A stretch of 63,117 nt of DNA, the filler included, from Asterionella formosa (lineage: Eukaryota), in the NCBI GenBank assembly GCA_002256025.1. It is 9 parts of 9 records of this genome, joined end to end, with 100 filler letters (N's around TTAATTAATTAA, not from the genome) between each part and the next. Parts side by side here need not be neighbours in the genome. Positions count along the whole stretch, not along the records: positions 29,111 to 54,777 come from NKIB01001901.1; 8 more parts are not named here. The stretch is one strand, 5' to 3'. The position numbers and the translations under genes were made by a program. Below, piece after piece: positions 34,226-45,512 of the stretch. Each line of letters starts with the position of its first letter. Positions within the stretch are counted from its first letter, which is position 1. The notes under the pieces are model-generated. The model worked only from the letters and a program-made list of their open reading frames with translations. It was not told the origin of the DNA and did no database searches.

Positions 34226-34625
34226 ATGTCGGATTTCCTCTCATCTCCTCCGGACAATGATGACAATATTATCGCATTGCTTCTGTTAGCAATGTGTGAT
34301 CCTTCAGTCAGCAACAAGACGCCAACGTTCTTGTTGATGAGGTCAGAAGAAGAAATGGCCAAATCCGGCACCATGCACTACAGCATCCATTGTCAAGTCC
34401 TTTCTGGACTTTGTTCAACAGCAAGCATGATGATGCTCTGCTCATCAAATTATGTGGGTTTGACCATGTTTCTTCCGAGCTCCTATACCAGCTTTCGAGC
34501 CATGTTCTGATTCCTTTCCTCCCTGTAGGAAAAATACGGATTTCATTATTAGAAATCAAACAACCCAGAAAGGTTGGAGAAGATACCTCTGTTCCATAAG
34601 TTGTCTGGCACTTGGGTTGCCATGG
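34226..34625 (+). mobile_element. Truncated degenerate copy of the Harbinger-like transposase at 56553-57741
   Basis: Clear nucleotide homology with 56580-56955 (for example TTCTGGACTTTGTTCAACAGCAAGCATGATGATGCTCTG), with deletions and frameshifts. Confidence 0.85.
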
Positions 34626-34942
34626 ACCTTTTTTCTCATCGTCCGATTTTTGCCAAATTGGTCTTTTGATACCAATTTGGCAAGATACGATTTACCTCAA
34701 TGTAGACCTTCTGAAGGCAAAAGGAAAAGCGACTTAGTAAAGATGGAATTTACAAAGTGCAATTCAAACGAAAAAGGAAGCGAAACAAACAAAAACATGC
34801 AGCATGATTTGAAACATTCAAACAAGACAAAACTTGCGGCTCTCATGTTGTGATAAGATATAAACATAATCAGTACACAAGAAGCTAAAGGAAAGGAAAG
34901 AATGTCTGCAATCCTTGTGGCCGTGGTGATCGTGGTCAAGGT

Positions 34943-35558
34943 AAAGCAGCTCACTCTGTCCATTTTTAACGCAGGCAAAGTGCATTCTAGTACTGATATA
35001 CATGCAATTTTTCTGCTGATCAGCTACCTCCTGTGGATATTTTAATAGCCAACAACCAAGAATATGTTGCATCTGCATCCAGTGTGGCAAGTGTGAATTT
35101 GAAAGACCGCGCAAACTGGGCCAATCAAATGTCGGTAAGTAATTGAGCTTGACCAATCAAATTGTAATAGTAAAGTGATCGAGCACTTACAATGGAATTT
35201 TCGTATAGGAAATTGTAGGACGAAAAAGTTGAATCACAAGACTCCTACTATTCATCAAAGGAAAAGCAGCACACTCTGTCCATTCAATGCAGGCAAAGTG
35301 CATTCTAGTACTGGTATGCGTACAATCACTGATGATTAGCTACCTACTGTGGATATTGTAACAGCCAACACCCAAGAAAATGTTGCATCTGCATCCAGTG
35401 TGGCAAGCATGGGATTGCAAGACCGCACAAATCGGGCCAATCAAATCTCGGTAAGTAATTGAACTTGAACAATCAAAATATTTATAGTGAATCGGGCACT
35501 TATCATGGAATTATTTTGTACAGAAGATTGTAGGACGAAAATTTGAATCAGAAGACTC
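34943..35558 (+). repeat. Diverged tandem duplication, period about 320 bp
   Basis: Units 34943-35244 and 35263-35558 share GCAGGCAAAGTGCATTCTAGTACTG, ATGTTGCATCTGCATCCAGTGTGGCAAG, GGGCCAATCAAAT, CGGTAAGTAATTGA and ATTGTAGGACGAAAA. Confidence 0.85.
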
Positions 35559-36615
35559 TTATTCCGAAGATGACATTTCGGCTTCTAGTGATTCTGATTC
35601 CGACATTTTGGTGATCGTTGAAAAGGCCAATATTGTCGAATTTCGGGACAAGAATAGCTCAATGTTGGCAGGGTTTGAAGAAGTGCTAAATAAATACTAA
35701 GTAATCTTCATATAGCCCCAGAAGTTAATTTTCGATGAGAAAATGTAGAATGGAGGAACTTCGGTGTTGTTACTACTAGGCCAAATAAACAAGTTGGCCC
35801 AGTAGAATCCACTATTTTCAGCATGGCTAAAAACCCGAAGTTCTTTTCTGCAGTTTCTGGACAGATCCAACGATATACCGATATACTGACATTATATATA
35901 GAGTTGACCTACACCCCTTGTTACTTTGATCAATGACTGTATCTATGTTAAATTCTTCTTCAGTCTGACTGCAGCCAATGCTAGCTCTTTCTAGACAAGC
36001 TCAGTGTATTAAAACCTTCTGTTCTTATCCCACCTTATTGTGAGCTTATTTGATCTAACTTTTAATCTTTCACATGACCAATTATTATGATCTCTTCCCA
36101 AATTTGTATATAGATATTCATTGTGTTGTTAGACATTCAATTCTCAACTGACAACTTAACTCTTCTCACTTCCTAGCAGAACAATCGTGAATATTTAATG
36201 CTATCTGCATTGCATATATACCTTTCCTTCATTGAAATATTGATTACTTAGAACATTCTCCATTCGAATATTTACCTTGCTGATTCAGTTCTTGACAATC
36301 AATGCTGTTCAAATTCTCACAGCCTTTCAATAGAGGTTTTTGTCTGGAATTTTATTCAAGATTGATTAGTTCGACTAAACTAATATGCACGCAGTGCTAA
36401 ATCTTGACATATATAAACATACACCGGTATATATGGAAAGTGTATTTTGGGGAAAGCTCCAAGTACCGGTAGTGATGTACAGGTATAGAGGTGTACCTTT
36501 ATTCGTACATTTTACGCATGCATCGCATTTTATCCTCCGCCTCCAGGGCTGAACATTGCTTTGCAAAATACCGGTAGTCGCTCGAAGTTCAAATGACAAT
36601 TTCGGAAGTAAGACG

Positions 36616-37605
36616 ATGATGTTATGTGCCACACTTTTTCGCCGCTCCCACCTTTGTGTACAGCGACGAAGCTTTTCCTTCATTCCTCCCAATCTTAATT
36701 TGAAGGAGGATAGTGCTGCTTCTCAGACGCTTCGAGGATGTGGACAGGTCATTTTTCTTGGGAATTCTTCGCAGGGCGCAGCCGTTTTGACTGGGTTGGC
36801 TATTGGGGATCCAACATTAGCAGTCTGTGCGCTGGGAGGAGGCGCATGGTGCACGGCTTTAGCTAGGGCCACTCTCAAGGAAGGAGACGAATCAACAAAT
36901 AGCGGACTTAACGCCTACAACGGCGTCTTGGTCGGAGCTGCGTTTTCCGTATTTCTTGGACCTGATCCATTGATTGTTGCTGGAGCCACTGTGTTGGGAT
37001 CGACTGGAGCCTTTGCTTTGACCAGGGCATTGGGAGCTACATATCCTTTTGGTCCACAATGGACCTTTGCCTTCAATGCTGCTGCTATTGGAGGTTTGAT
37101 TACAGCGAAGCTACTTGCTCCACCGACCAGTTCTATGCCCCCCGCCCAAGTTGTCGTTGCCGAAACAGCACTGGAGTTATCTGATCTCATATACTCTCCC
37201 TTCACTGGAGTTTCGCAAATCTTTCTAGTCAACTCACCAATTTCTGGTGCCATTCTTCTCGGATCCATTGCTATGACGTCTCCGGTTGCTGCCGCACACG
37301 CACTAACAGGAGCTGCCATTGGCAGTGTTATGGGGATTTCCTCTGGTGCCGACTTCGCGGCCATTGCCGATGGTCTATGGGGATTTAATCCATGCCTCAC
37401 TTCATTGAGTGTAGCCATTTTCTTTCCTACAGTATCAGTTGGTCAAGTGATTCTTTCAGCTGGTGGTGCTGTTGGCACCACCATGTTGACAAGTGCGATG
37501 GGTCCCATCGTCATGAGTACACTCGGAACGCCGGCATTCACTTTACCCTTTTGCTTCGCTGCAACGGCTACTTATGGAATAGGCAAGGTCATGAAATTGG
37601 GCTAG
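36616..37605 (+). CDS. Urea transporter (UT/SLC14 family), probably mitochondrial
   Basis: Two pseudo-repeats: LRGCGQVIFLGN / FTGVSQIFLVNSP, GLNAYNGVLVG / GLWGFNPCL, WTFAFN / FTLPFC. Presequence MMLCATLFRRSHLCVQRRSFS. Confidence 0.9.
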   Translation: MMLCATLFRRSHLCVQRRSFSFIPPNLNLKEDSAASQTLRGCGQVIFLGNSSQGAAVLTGLAIGDPTLAVCALGGGAWCTALARATLKEGDESTNSGLNAYNGVLVGAAFSVFLGPDPLIVAGATVLGSTGAFALTRALGATYPFGPQWTFAFNAAAIGGLITAKLLAPPTSSMPPAQVVVAETALELSDLIYSPFTGVSQIFLVNSPISGAILLGSIAMTSPVAAAHALTGAAIGSVMGISSGADFAAIADGLWGFNPCLTSLSVAIFFPTVSVGQVILSAGGAVGTTMLTSAMGPIVMSTLGTPAFTLPFCFAATATYGIGKVMKLG

Positions 37606-37665
37606 GAGAGAACATTAAAACCCAGTCTACACATTCTAGGAAGTATAATAATTCAAAATAAATTA

Positions 37666-39321
37666 CTAAACAAGTTTGACAACAGTAGTCAATTCACTTT
37701 TGGATCGAAGACTCGCTAAAGGAACAATAGAAACACTACAGTCCACATCCCATCGCACTATACAATAGTCTCCCGGCTCAGTGTATCTCACATGCCCCGC
37801 CACGAGCTGGAGCGTCAGTTCGTGAAACGGTGCGTCAAATGGCTTGGCCGAATACCAAGTGTCATCGCATGTCCACCAACCAATCAATGACTGTCCTGTT
37901 GCAGCTGTAACAATGGTTTTGCCTGCCGATAGCATGCTAAAAAGCATAGCCTCATGTGGCGATGTGGGAAGATAGGGTGGAATTGTCTCGTCCAAAATTG
38001 CTCTAGCTAAAGTGGCGTCGTCTCCGCAGTCACTGCACAACACACACTCTTGACGAAGCACTGCAGTCGTTGTCGCGGTGGAATTAATTTGAACAGGAAT
38101 GTAGCTACCGCAAACATCACCTTTCAATCGTAACTCCCTCACCATACCCTTCCAATTGATTTTGCTAAAGTGCACTACCTTTACTCGTGTAACTCTCCCA
38201 TCCGAGGAATAATGCCACAATTCGGTACCTTCCTTCACACTCCAGTCCATCCATTTCAATGTCGTGGCCATATCTGCTTGTGCCATGGCAAAAAATTCCG
38301 GTAATTGGATCCAATTGTGCACTGCGTAGGATGGGAGAACATGCTGTACAACGGCGGTCCATGTGATCTGGCAGTGATGAAATTCCACTAAAATGGCACC
38401 CTGTTCCATGACGGCCCGTACTTTGGCACAGAAATAGAGGGGCGGGAGGTAATCAGAGCCATCCAATGAGGTTGGTGGTCCACCGGTCCATTGCGCATAT
38501 ACGCCGTCCTTGATGGAGTGATCATGGATCGTCCATAAAGGAATTTCGTCATGATCTGATGCTGTGTGCTCTGTGGCAATGTCAGAGATTTTTCCAGAGG
38601 AGGCTGGTAGGACGTGGACCACTCTCGGATCGACATGGCGAAGTGCCACTCGCAGACACTCAAACTTGACGGTCATAATGTCATGTGCCATGATCCTAAT
38701 GATATCTTGCAGTGATTGTTCGCGACAGTGCTGCATGAATGAGTGAGTCATGGTCCAAGCTGGTCCGGCATTGCAATTGGCAAGTGTGGCCATGAAGACA
38801 ATGTATCGTTTTGTGGTCTTCGCGGGAATGACTTGTTCTACATTTCCGGAATAGCAGCAATCCATAAGTAGCAATACATTGGTGCCCGAAAAGTCGGTTT
38901 CGATCATGGCGAACATGTCATCATGTCGCCACTTTCCTTGCAAGGTACAAAAGTGATCGGCCAGTCCATGGCCGCCATAGTAGACCAGAAGGGAAGTTGC
39001 AGTTGTTCCTTTCGAATGACGTTGTAGCAGTGTGGATAAATGATATCGAACTGTGGGCAACGTTGCTTTGTCGTCTTTGATAAATACCACTTGATTAGCT
39101 GGTACTTGCAGCTCCAGGAAGAATTGATACAATCGTTCGTCTCCGCTGGTCGCACGGTTCGTTTCGTATTCCGAGTTGATGCCCACAATAAACACCAACA
39201 GAGAGCCAGGGTCTAAGAAATAGTCCGTACTTGTATTGATATTACCATTACCGGTACTCTCCTTCGATACTGTCTCTGATGTGAGGATTGTGTGGCCATG
39301 ATCATTGCGCCCCAACGACAT
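37666..39321 (-). CDS. Caspase/metacaspase-fold (clan CD) peptidase with C-terminal Tudor/Agenet-like segments
   Basis: LVFIVGIN, LLVYYGGHG and LLLMDCCYSG give the His-Cys dyad. The C-terminal half has aromatic beta-rich motifs VYAQW...YFCAKV and IGWW..DDTWYSAK...IVRWDVDCSVSIVP. Confidence 0.7.
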   Translation of the reverse strand: MSLGRNDHGHTILTSETVSKESTGNGNINTSTDYFLDPGSLLVFIVGINSEYETNRATSGDERLYQFFLELQVPANQVVFIKDDKATLPTVRYHLSTLLQRHSKGTTATSLLVYYGGHGLADHFCTLQGKWRHDDMFAMIETDFSGTNVLLLMDCCYSGNVEQVIPAKTTKRYIVFMATLANCNAGPAWTMTHSFMQHCREQSLQDIIRIMAHDIMTVKFECLRVALRHVDPRVVHVLPASSGKISDIATEHTASDHDEIPLWTIHDHSIKDGVYAQWTGGPPTSLDGSDYLPPLYFCAKVRAVMEQGAILVEFHHCQITWTAVVQHVLPSYAVHNWIQLPEFFAMAQADMATTLKWMDWSVKEGTELWHYSSDGRVTRVKVVHFSKINWKGMVRELRLKGDVCGSYIPVQINSTATTTAVLRQECVLCSDCGDDATLARAILDETIPPYLPTSPHEAMLFSMLSAGKTIVTAATGQSLIGWWTCDDTWYSAKPFDAPFHELTLQLVAGHVRYTEPGDYCIVRWDVDCSVSIVPLASLRSKSELTTVVKLV

Positions 39322-40121
39322 GTCTTGCTGTCACCAATGGTCCTGCTTGCGTACATATGAGACTGCTGACGAGACTACCCCGGTACATAGCATGCTTATT
39401 AGACAGCCACCAGTATCATCAGGAAGGCGAGTTAAAACGCGTGAGTCATGTTCGTATTGCGTAGCGTGCACCTGGTATATATAAGAATTTCCCGCCAGCA
39501 TTTTATGATTGCATACAGAGTTGAATAAATCTGAATATGCCAATCCCGCCTCGTTGGCTCTAATATCGGCTCATTACTTAGACGAACACCAAAAATTCCG
39601 ATACTAATCAACATTGAATTAACAATCAGGCATGAATATATGGTGGAGTCAAGTCCTGATTTGATTTTGCAGTTGAGCCGCGCACTGGCGATGGCCATGA
39701 TGCCGGCGAGAAATAAGGAGGTGCTCGTTGGGAACGAGCATGGGCGAAGGATGGCTCAACGCTTGATGGCTCTTTTTTGGCAAGAATAGGCCCGCTGCTA
39801 TCGATGTCAATTGTTGAATTTCCTAAATGTACTGCCGGTACCGGTTATTTACTCATCAGCAGGTACAGTACTACCGGTATGTACTGTACCTGTGTACCCT
39901 GCCGGTAACATACTCGTACTCTCGTCCGAGCCGAGAACGATCAAGGAGCCAACAGTCGACGAACAAGCGCCTCACTTGATTCCTTACCGAATTTTCGTTC
40001 CCGCAGCTCCAACTGAACGGAATTCTCTCATAAACTCTCAGGCACTGACTGTTGACCTGACTTCCTGCACACCGGTGCACATATACAAATAGTTGATCGT
40101 ACGGTGTACTGTGATCACACC

Positions 40122-43100
40122 ATGTCCACATCCGAAAGGACAATGGCTGCTGCTCGGCACCACTCCGCCTTGGCCGAGTCGCTGACCAAGGAAAGCTGCC
40201 ACCACGCCGCGTTGGCGCAATATCAACATGCCCTTGAACTATTTCGACAATCCTATCTACGGGGCATCGTGTCGTCCAAAGGCGACGCTGCCATGACGTT
40301 GTACAACATGGGTCTACTGAATCGGAAAACAAATCAACGACATGAGAGCATGGCGTGCTTTGTGGAGGCGGAGGAGTTGTTGCTGCAGTTGCCACTGCGC
40401 TACAACGAAGGGCTCTTGGTTGAGACACTCCAGCAGAGAGCGAGTTTGCTTGCGACGGGCCAAGAGGCGATTGATTGTCACGAACACGTGGTTTCGCTGT
40501 TGCTGGAGGACGAGGACGACCCAGGAGAGGCGGCGGAATGGGCACAACTATATGAGGCGAGAATATCCGACGACAAGCGAGCGGAAATGCTGACTGTTTC
40601 GCTAAGGGCGCTGGGACAACTGTACCTATCGCAACAGAACGTTGACGAAGCGTTGAGAGCGATGGAGGAATGCTTGGTCATGGCGCGGGTCAGACAAGAG
40701 AGGCTACCAGAAAATGACGAAGTTTCGAATCTCGTCTTGTTGCTCATTTTGCAACTCTCGACACTGTACTTTCAACAAGAGGATTTCGAAGGAGTCATTT
40801 CTCTATTGGAAGAAGCTGTCGTCTTGCAAAAAGAACGAGGAGAGGATGTGGCATTATCTTTGAACAATCTTGGACTTGCTAACGAGCGCAAGGGCGATTT
40901 GATCAAGGCATTGTTGTACTATCAAGAATTGTTGCAACTGCGAAGAGAAGGAAATGATCCCATTCGCAGCGCTGAATCAATGGTTACTTGTGCAAAGATT
41001 TTGGAACGTTCACGAAGAACTCACGATGCAATGGCCTTGTACCACGAAGCTTTGGCTATTTATCAGCAAACTCCACAATTGTATTCTGCCCTGATAGCCG
41101 AGATTATGGTTCGAACCTCTAGCTTGGGGGTTCCAGTATACTCGGAATCACTACTGACGATGCATCCCGATGACAACGACAGGACCATAGATAAGGCCCA
41201 CTTCTTTTATGAACTCGCGAGACAATACCAGCAGCAAAAGGTTCACCAAGCAGCAAAGGATTGCCTCCTGGAATGTAGGCAACTCCTGGAGACCATGTCG
41301 AGAAATGAGATTGATGATTTGGGAATTCGAGTCGACGCATTAGAGCAAATGATTCAGAACGATCAAATTATCACTGCAGCTGAAGAGGATCCCAGACAAA
41401 CCTACGAGTCGTTCCATTTTACACCATCCCAAGCAGACGATTTACTGCCGTGTAAGTCATCTGAATCAGCAACGCAATTCGTCGAATCACCACTAGAGCA
41501 AGACGACGATTGGACCCTACCTCCCTTACAAACTAGGTTGATAATGATCGAACAAGAAGGGGTGGAGATGGAACACGTGGAACGCCCCATACCCTCTCCA
41601 ACACTTGAACATCATACCGATTGGATTTTCAACGATGTCATTAGTGTTACATCAGAAATAAGAGAGATTACAGGCCCCAATGACGGAAGACTTGGGATAT
41701 CCCAAAGACCGACCGCCATGGAAGCGCAGTACTGCCTGCTTCCGTTGTCATCAGTAGTAGCTGATGAATCAGATGAAAGTCAGATTACGAAATTAGCCAA
41801 GGCTGTGGCGCGGGATGATGAGACGCCAGGCTTGACATGTTTGATGACCTCCAACATTGACGACGAGCCAGACCCCGAAATAACTCTTGACATGATGGAA
41901 CTATTAGAGGAAGAATCAGATGATGAAGAATCACATCCCCTGGTTGATTTCAACAAGTCTACTAAAGAAAAAAGCAATACTCTCCACGACGACCGGCCTA
42001 GTGTTGCGGAGACTGAGAGTGAATCTGATGTTTCCGATGAAATTTGCAAAGAGGAAGGAGAGATTGAATCAATTCAAGAGTCAGTGGAGGAGTCACTGAA
42101 GGAGGAGTACATTGGAATTCAACACTCCATATCTGCTGCAGCCAAAGGTGTTACTCAAATTTTTGGTTTCATTTTTGATGGACAAGAGAGCGAGCGGTCG
42201 TTCCAGAATGTTAAGGCCTCGCCAACCACCGTGATGAGTGGATTATTCGGACATCTTGTTACTCCCAATCCAGCTGAGCCTGTAGAGTGGGAAGACACCG
42301 GCGATGGTCATGAAGAGGCCAATTTCGACTTCTCTTTGGAGAACATTCCATCTGTAAACGATGGAGATGAAGCTGATACAGGGACGTTTCATGAAGACTT
42401 GGCAAATGCTAGCACAAGTTGTGAATCCTCCGTCGAGTCCAGTGATGATTACAGCGAATCTTCAGAAAGCGACTGCATGTCACATTCCGATTCCGATGAC
42501 TACGAGGATGCTCACTCGGTTTCGGATTTCGAGACAGGATTTGACTACGACCAACCAGTCGATAGTTTCCTTGGTTCATCTGGAGTTCCAGAAGGAGATG
42601 CTTTTTGGAGCGATGATGACGAGGCTAGTGATTCTTTCTCTCGTGCTGACTCGAATACAAATGAACAAAGCGATGATGTGTCTGGTCGGCCGAGTATCGT
42701 TCCTATATTTGGCTACGACCAACAAGTCGACAGTTTTCTTGATTCATCTGGAGTTCCAGAAAGGGATGTCTATTGGAACGACGGTGACGAGACCAGTGAT
42801 TCCTTCTCTCGTGCTGACTCAAATACAAATGAACAAAGCGATGATGAATCTGGTCGGACGAGTCTCGTTCGTATCGACAAGGATCAACGGGCACCAACGA
42901 GAACCGCCAATACCGTTGTTGCCGACGACGAGGTGTGTCCCGCAAAATCGCCTTCGATTTCACCGACGGACGTTCTCGAATTGCACGGCAGGCCTTTATC
43001 TCTGGAGAATATCAAGTGCGCCTCCTTTGGCAAAAGATTTCCCAGAAATCGTGTTGTGAAGGCAATTTCAAATACATTTCGACGGGTAAGGAAGAGAAAA

Positions 43101-45512
43101 AACAAGTTGCTTCCTTCTACACCGGAAGGTGATATAACACTCATTTCCCCGGAATCATCGCCGGAATCATCGCCGAAGCAACTGGACTTCCCTGCTTCGA
43201 CAACAGCAGTGGATTCAATGGATGTCACTCCCATAGGCCCAGTCCAAGTTATAAAACTTAGGGAACGAACTCGATCTTGTGAAGATTCAGTCTCCCAAAT
43301 TACTTTTCATCGCGACGAACAACGTGTTCAAAGCTATCAAGTCGAGGGCGATACTCAATGGTGGTGGGGAGCGACTGTCAATGGGCTTGAAGAAACCTTG
43401 TTCATGGCTCATGCTGTGGCTGACGACTTCTTTTCGGCCCAGTCCATTCACGAAAAGAGGCGCAAGAAGCGTGAACGCAAGATGCGTGAATTGGCTTCCC
43501 ATCATGCCGGCAGTGATAACCTTGTTGAAAGCGATGACGATTCCGATGTCTTCAGAAACCTAGATAATGAGCAGATGCACTCTTCGGATGGAGAGGAAGC
43601 TGAAGATGAGCCTGCTGCACTACAAGAGCGAATTGAGAAGCAATCCCACATAGGGCCCAACCTTGAAATGATTGCTCTTGAGATTGACAATGCAAAATGG
43701 GTTCCACCGAAGAATAGTAACTCGATTCGTGGAACGCGAGGTCAACATAAATCATCCAAGACGCAGAATCAAATTTTAGAAATGTTGAATGCAGTTGATA
43801 GTATGAATTCAATGCACGGATACTATAGCATTGAAGTTGCGCTTGCTCTGGTGGCACTCGGAAAGCTACAATTGGAAGTTGGAGACTCGGATCTAGCAAC
43901 TGAAAGTATTCTTCAAGCTCTCAAGGTTCAAAAAGCAATTGGCAACCCTCTTGAAATGACTCGCTCCTTACATGTGCTGGCAGAGATTTACTCAATTCAG
44001 CAAGAGTTTGAGCAAGCCTTGGATTGCTACAAGGATGCCCAGAGACTTGAGAGAAGGCTCTATGGCCCCGACCGCCCAGAGAATGCATGCACGCTCAATC
44101 GAATGGGACGAGTATATGCCAATCTTGGAAATTTTTCCCTTGCCATGGAAAAGCATCAGCAGGCCCTTCAAGTGCTCAAGGGTTGCTGCGGAGAGAACCT
44201 CCGACATCCAGCAGTTTCCCAGACTTTGATTCTTATTGGCGAAGTCTACTATCGAGAGCGAAACAGCTTTGATACAAATAGATCGAACTCCTCAGACGAC
44301 TATGGCACATTTATTGAAGCCGGCATGCTCGATATCATTGCTCTGGCCCATGAAGATCGCGGTTCTGTCAAGATGGCATTGTGCTTCTTGGAAGAGAAGA
44401 TCCAAGTGATGCGAGATAGAAAATCTCCGAGTGCTCCCAGCGATATGATTTCAACTCTCTATAGCCTTGGCACTCTGAGTAGCAAGGCTGGTTTGTACTT
44501 TGAAGCTATCGACTATTACGAACAAGCGTTGGGAATGCAGCGAGAGCTCGGATGTACCAATGTACAGGAAGCAACCGCAATGGTCTTGATCGGCACGGTT
44601 GATTTTCATATGGGTCAATACAAAAAATCACTTCTGCTCCTAAACGATGCACTTGCTATACTGACGCTCGCTCTCGGGGATGACGACGAACTCGTCGCAG
44701 ACACTCTGCAGCGAATAGGGTCAGTCGAAGCCCGACTCAACAACTTTGACGGTGCGTTCAGCCACTTCAATCGGGCAATAAATATTCAAAGGGATTTTGC
44801 TGGCCATTCCGATCCGTCTAAAATGAGAATGCAGTTGGAGGTTGGCATTGCATTGTTGGGTGAATACAAAACTGATAGGGCTATTGAAATCTTCGACGAG
44901 CTCAAGATCAAGCAGGAAAATCTCCACGGCCGGAAACATCCCGACATTGCCGATGTCTTGCACCAACTTGGAGTTGCGTACAAGCTCAAGGGCGACTATG
45001 TCAAGGCCATGGCCCTTTTCGAAGAAGCCTATCAGATGCGTCAGCAATACTTTGGTCGCGACCATCCCTTTCAAGCATCCACTCTCCACGAGATCGCATT
45101 GCTCATGTTGAGAAAGGATCAGGTCAGGAAGGCATTGATCATGTGTACCTCCGTGCTAGAAGTGCGCAAAGAAACTCTTGGTGAACGACATGTTGATGTG
45201 GCCCTGACAATTTCAACCCTTGGTCGTTGCCAAACTGTTTTGGGCAACTTTGGTGCATCTCTAAAAGCATTTACTGAGGCGCTACCCATGGCAGAAGAAG
45301 CAGTGGGAGCCAAGCACCCTCTGGTTGGTGATATTCATATAGACAAAGCCATGCTCCATTTGAAAAAATGTGAGTTTGATGAAGCCAAGAACGCTGTGCG
45401 CGCTGGTCTTGCAATTTTCAATTGGTCCCACGTTCCGGAAACGCATCCAAGACGAATGGCGGCCTTGGAGCTCTTGGAAAAGGTTGACCGTGATGAGATG
45501 CTGTGTGTTTAA
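40122..45512 (+). CDS. Large TPR protein (kinesin light chain/nephrocystin-3-like TPR_12 repeats) with an acidic disordered centre
   Basis: About 1796-aa single ORF with N- and C-terminal TPR arrays (e.g. HPDIADVLHQLGVAY, HVDVALTISTLG, ACTLNRMGRVY) and an Asp/Glu/Ser-rich middle. Confidence 0.85.
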   Translation: MSTSERTMAAARHHSALAESLTKESCHHAALAQYQHALELFRQSYLRGIVSSKGDAAMTLYNMGLLNRKTNQRHESMACFVEAEELLLQLPLRYNEGLLVETLQQRASLLATGQEAIDCHEHVVSLLLEDEDDPGEAAEWAQLYEARISDDKRAEMLTVSLRALGQLYLSQQNVDEALRAMEECLVMARVRQERLPENDEVSNLVLLLILQLSTLYFQQEDFEGVISLLEEAVVLQKERGEDVALSLNNLGLANERKGDLIKALLYYQELLQLRREGNDPIRSAESMVTCAKILERSRRTHDAMALYHEALAIYQQTPQLYSALIAEIMVRTSSLGVPVYSESLLTMHPDDNDRTIDKAHFFYELARQYQQQKVHQAAKDCLLECRQLLETMSRNEIDDLGIRVDALEQMIQNDQIITAAEEDPRQTYESFHFTPSQADDLLPCKSSESATQFVESPLEQDDDWTLPPLQTRLIMIEQEGVEMEHVERPIPSPTLEHHTDWIFNDVISVTSEIREITGPNDGRLGISQRPTAMEAQYCLLPLSSVVADESDESQITKLAKAVARDDETPGLTCLMTSNIDDEPDPEITLDMMELLEEESDDEESHPLVDFNKSTKEKSNTLHDDRPSVAETESESDVSDEICKEEGEIESIQESVEESLKEEYIGIQHSISAAAKGVTQIFGFIFDGQESERSFQNVKASPTTVMSGLFGHLVTPNPAEPVEWEDTGDGHEEANFDFSLENIPSVNDGDEADTGTFHEDLANASTSCESSVESSDDYSESSESDCMSHSDSDDYEDAHSVSDFETGFDYDQPVDSFLGSSGVPEGDAFWSDDDEASDSFSRADSNTNEQSDDVSGRPSIVPIFGYDQQVDSFLDSSGVPERDVYWNDGDETSDSFSRADSNTNEQSDDESGRTSLVRIDKDQRAPTRTANTVVADDEVCPAKSPSISPTDVLELHGRPLSLENIKCASFGKRFPRNRVVKAISNTFRRVRKRKNKLLPSTPEGDITLISPESSPESSPKQLDFPASTTAVDSMDVTPIGPVQVIKLRERTRSCEDSVSQITFHRDEQRVQSYQVEGDTQWWWGATVNGLEETLFMAHAVADDFFSAQSIHEKRRKKRERKMRELASHHAGSDNLVESDDDSDVFRNLDNEQMHSSDGEEAEDEPAALQERIEKQSHIGPNLEMIALEIDNAKWVPPKNSNSIRGTRGQHKSSKTQNQILEMLNAVDSMNSMHGYYSIEVALALVALGKLQLEVGDSDLATESILQALKVQKAIGNPLEMTRSLHVLAEIYSIQQEFEQALDCYKDAQRLERRLYGPDRPENACTLNRMGRVYANLGNFSLAMEKHQQALQVLKGCCGENLRHPAVSQTLILIGEVYYRERNSFDTNRSNSSDDYGTFIEAGMLDIIALAHEDRGSVKMALCFLEEKIQVMRDRKSPSAPSDMISTLYSLGTLSSKAGLYFEAIDYYEQALGMQRELGCTNVQEATAMVLIGTVDFHMGQYKKSLLLLNDALAILTLALGDDDELVADTLQRIGSVEARLNNFDGAFSHFNRAINIQRDFAGHSDPSKMRMQLEVGIALLGEYKTDRAIEIFDELKIKQENLHGRKHPDIADVLHQLGVAYKLKGDYVKAMALFEEAYQMRQQYFGRDHPFQASTLHEIALLMLRKDQVRKALIMCTSVLEVRKETLGERHVDVALTISTLGRCQTVLGNFGASLKAFTEALPMAEEAVGAKHPLVGDIHIDKAMLHLKKCEFDEAKNAVRAGLAIFNWSHVPETHPRRMAALELLEKVDRDEMLCV
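42543..42870 (+). repeat. In-frame 168-nt (56-aa) tandem duplication inside the TPR gene
   Basis: YDQPVDSFLGSSGVPEGDAFWSDDDEASDSFSRADSNTNEQSDDVSGRPS versus YDQQVDSFLDSSGVPERDVYWNDGDETSDSFSRADSNTNEQSDDESGRTS. Confidence 0.92.
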
